Shown piece by piece: positions 63,991 to 64,000 of a DNA stretch of 64,000 nt. Where the stretch lies: positions 24,192,954-24,256,953 of the forward strand of contig CP154954.1 of NCBI GenBank assembly GCA_039621445.1. The letters run 5' to 3'. Origin of the DNA: Euglena gracilis (lineage: Eukaryota). Below the pieces are notes generated by a model. It searched no databases. It was not told the origin of the DNA and saw nothing but the letters and a program-made list of their open reading frames with translations. Numbering within the stretch: position 1 is the first letter of the stretch; each line of letters opens with the position of its first letter. The position numbers were made by a program, and so were the translations under genes.

Positions 63991-64000
63991 CCCCCACACC

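Overview
Repeat-rich eukaryotic DNA, almost certainly from a euglenid: the 26-nt euglenid spliced leader ACTTTCTGAGTGTCTATTTTTTTTCG occurs twice exactly, and the resident gene has euglenid-type nonconventional introns. 1-7 kb: decayed Ty3/gypsy chromovirus (minus strand) with a DIRS-type Dam-like adenine methyltransferase domain between protease and RT. 7.3-23.1 kb: two head-to-tail CRE/SLACS-like RLE non-LTR retrotransposons plus relics; they begin with the spliced leader and a fold-back hairpin, carry a conserved mini-uORF plus hairpin, and encode a T2A-like StopGo peptide. 23-36 kb: MITEs (TA-TSD and 8-bp-TSD classes), a pseudogene, a pogo-like fragment and gypsy debris. About 36-62 kb (+): a many-exon gene reconstructed by hand as C1 domain (linkage inferred), 2 RanBP2 zinc fingers, alpha-kinase and EF-hand. 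Top observation: several non-GT-AG introns in this gene look like hAT-type MITEs plus one 8-bp target-site duplication. Their CAG/CTG pair sits 3 nt and 5 nt inside the splice junctions (3+5=8), their termini match free MITE families in the same window, and they form an age series from intact TSD to no TSD. All exon and intron calls were made by eye and need RNA evidence.
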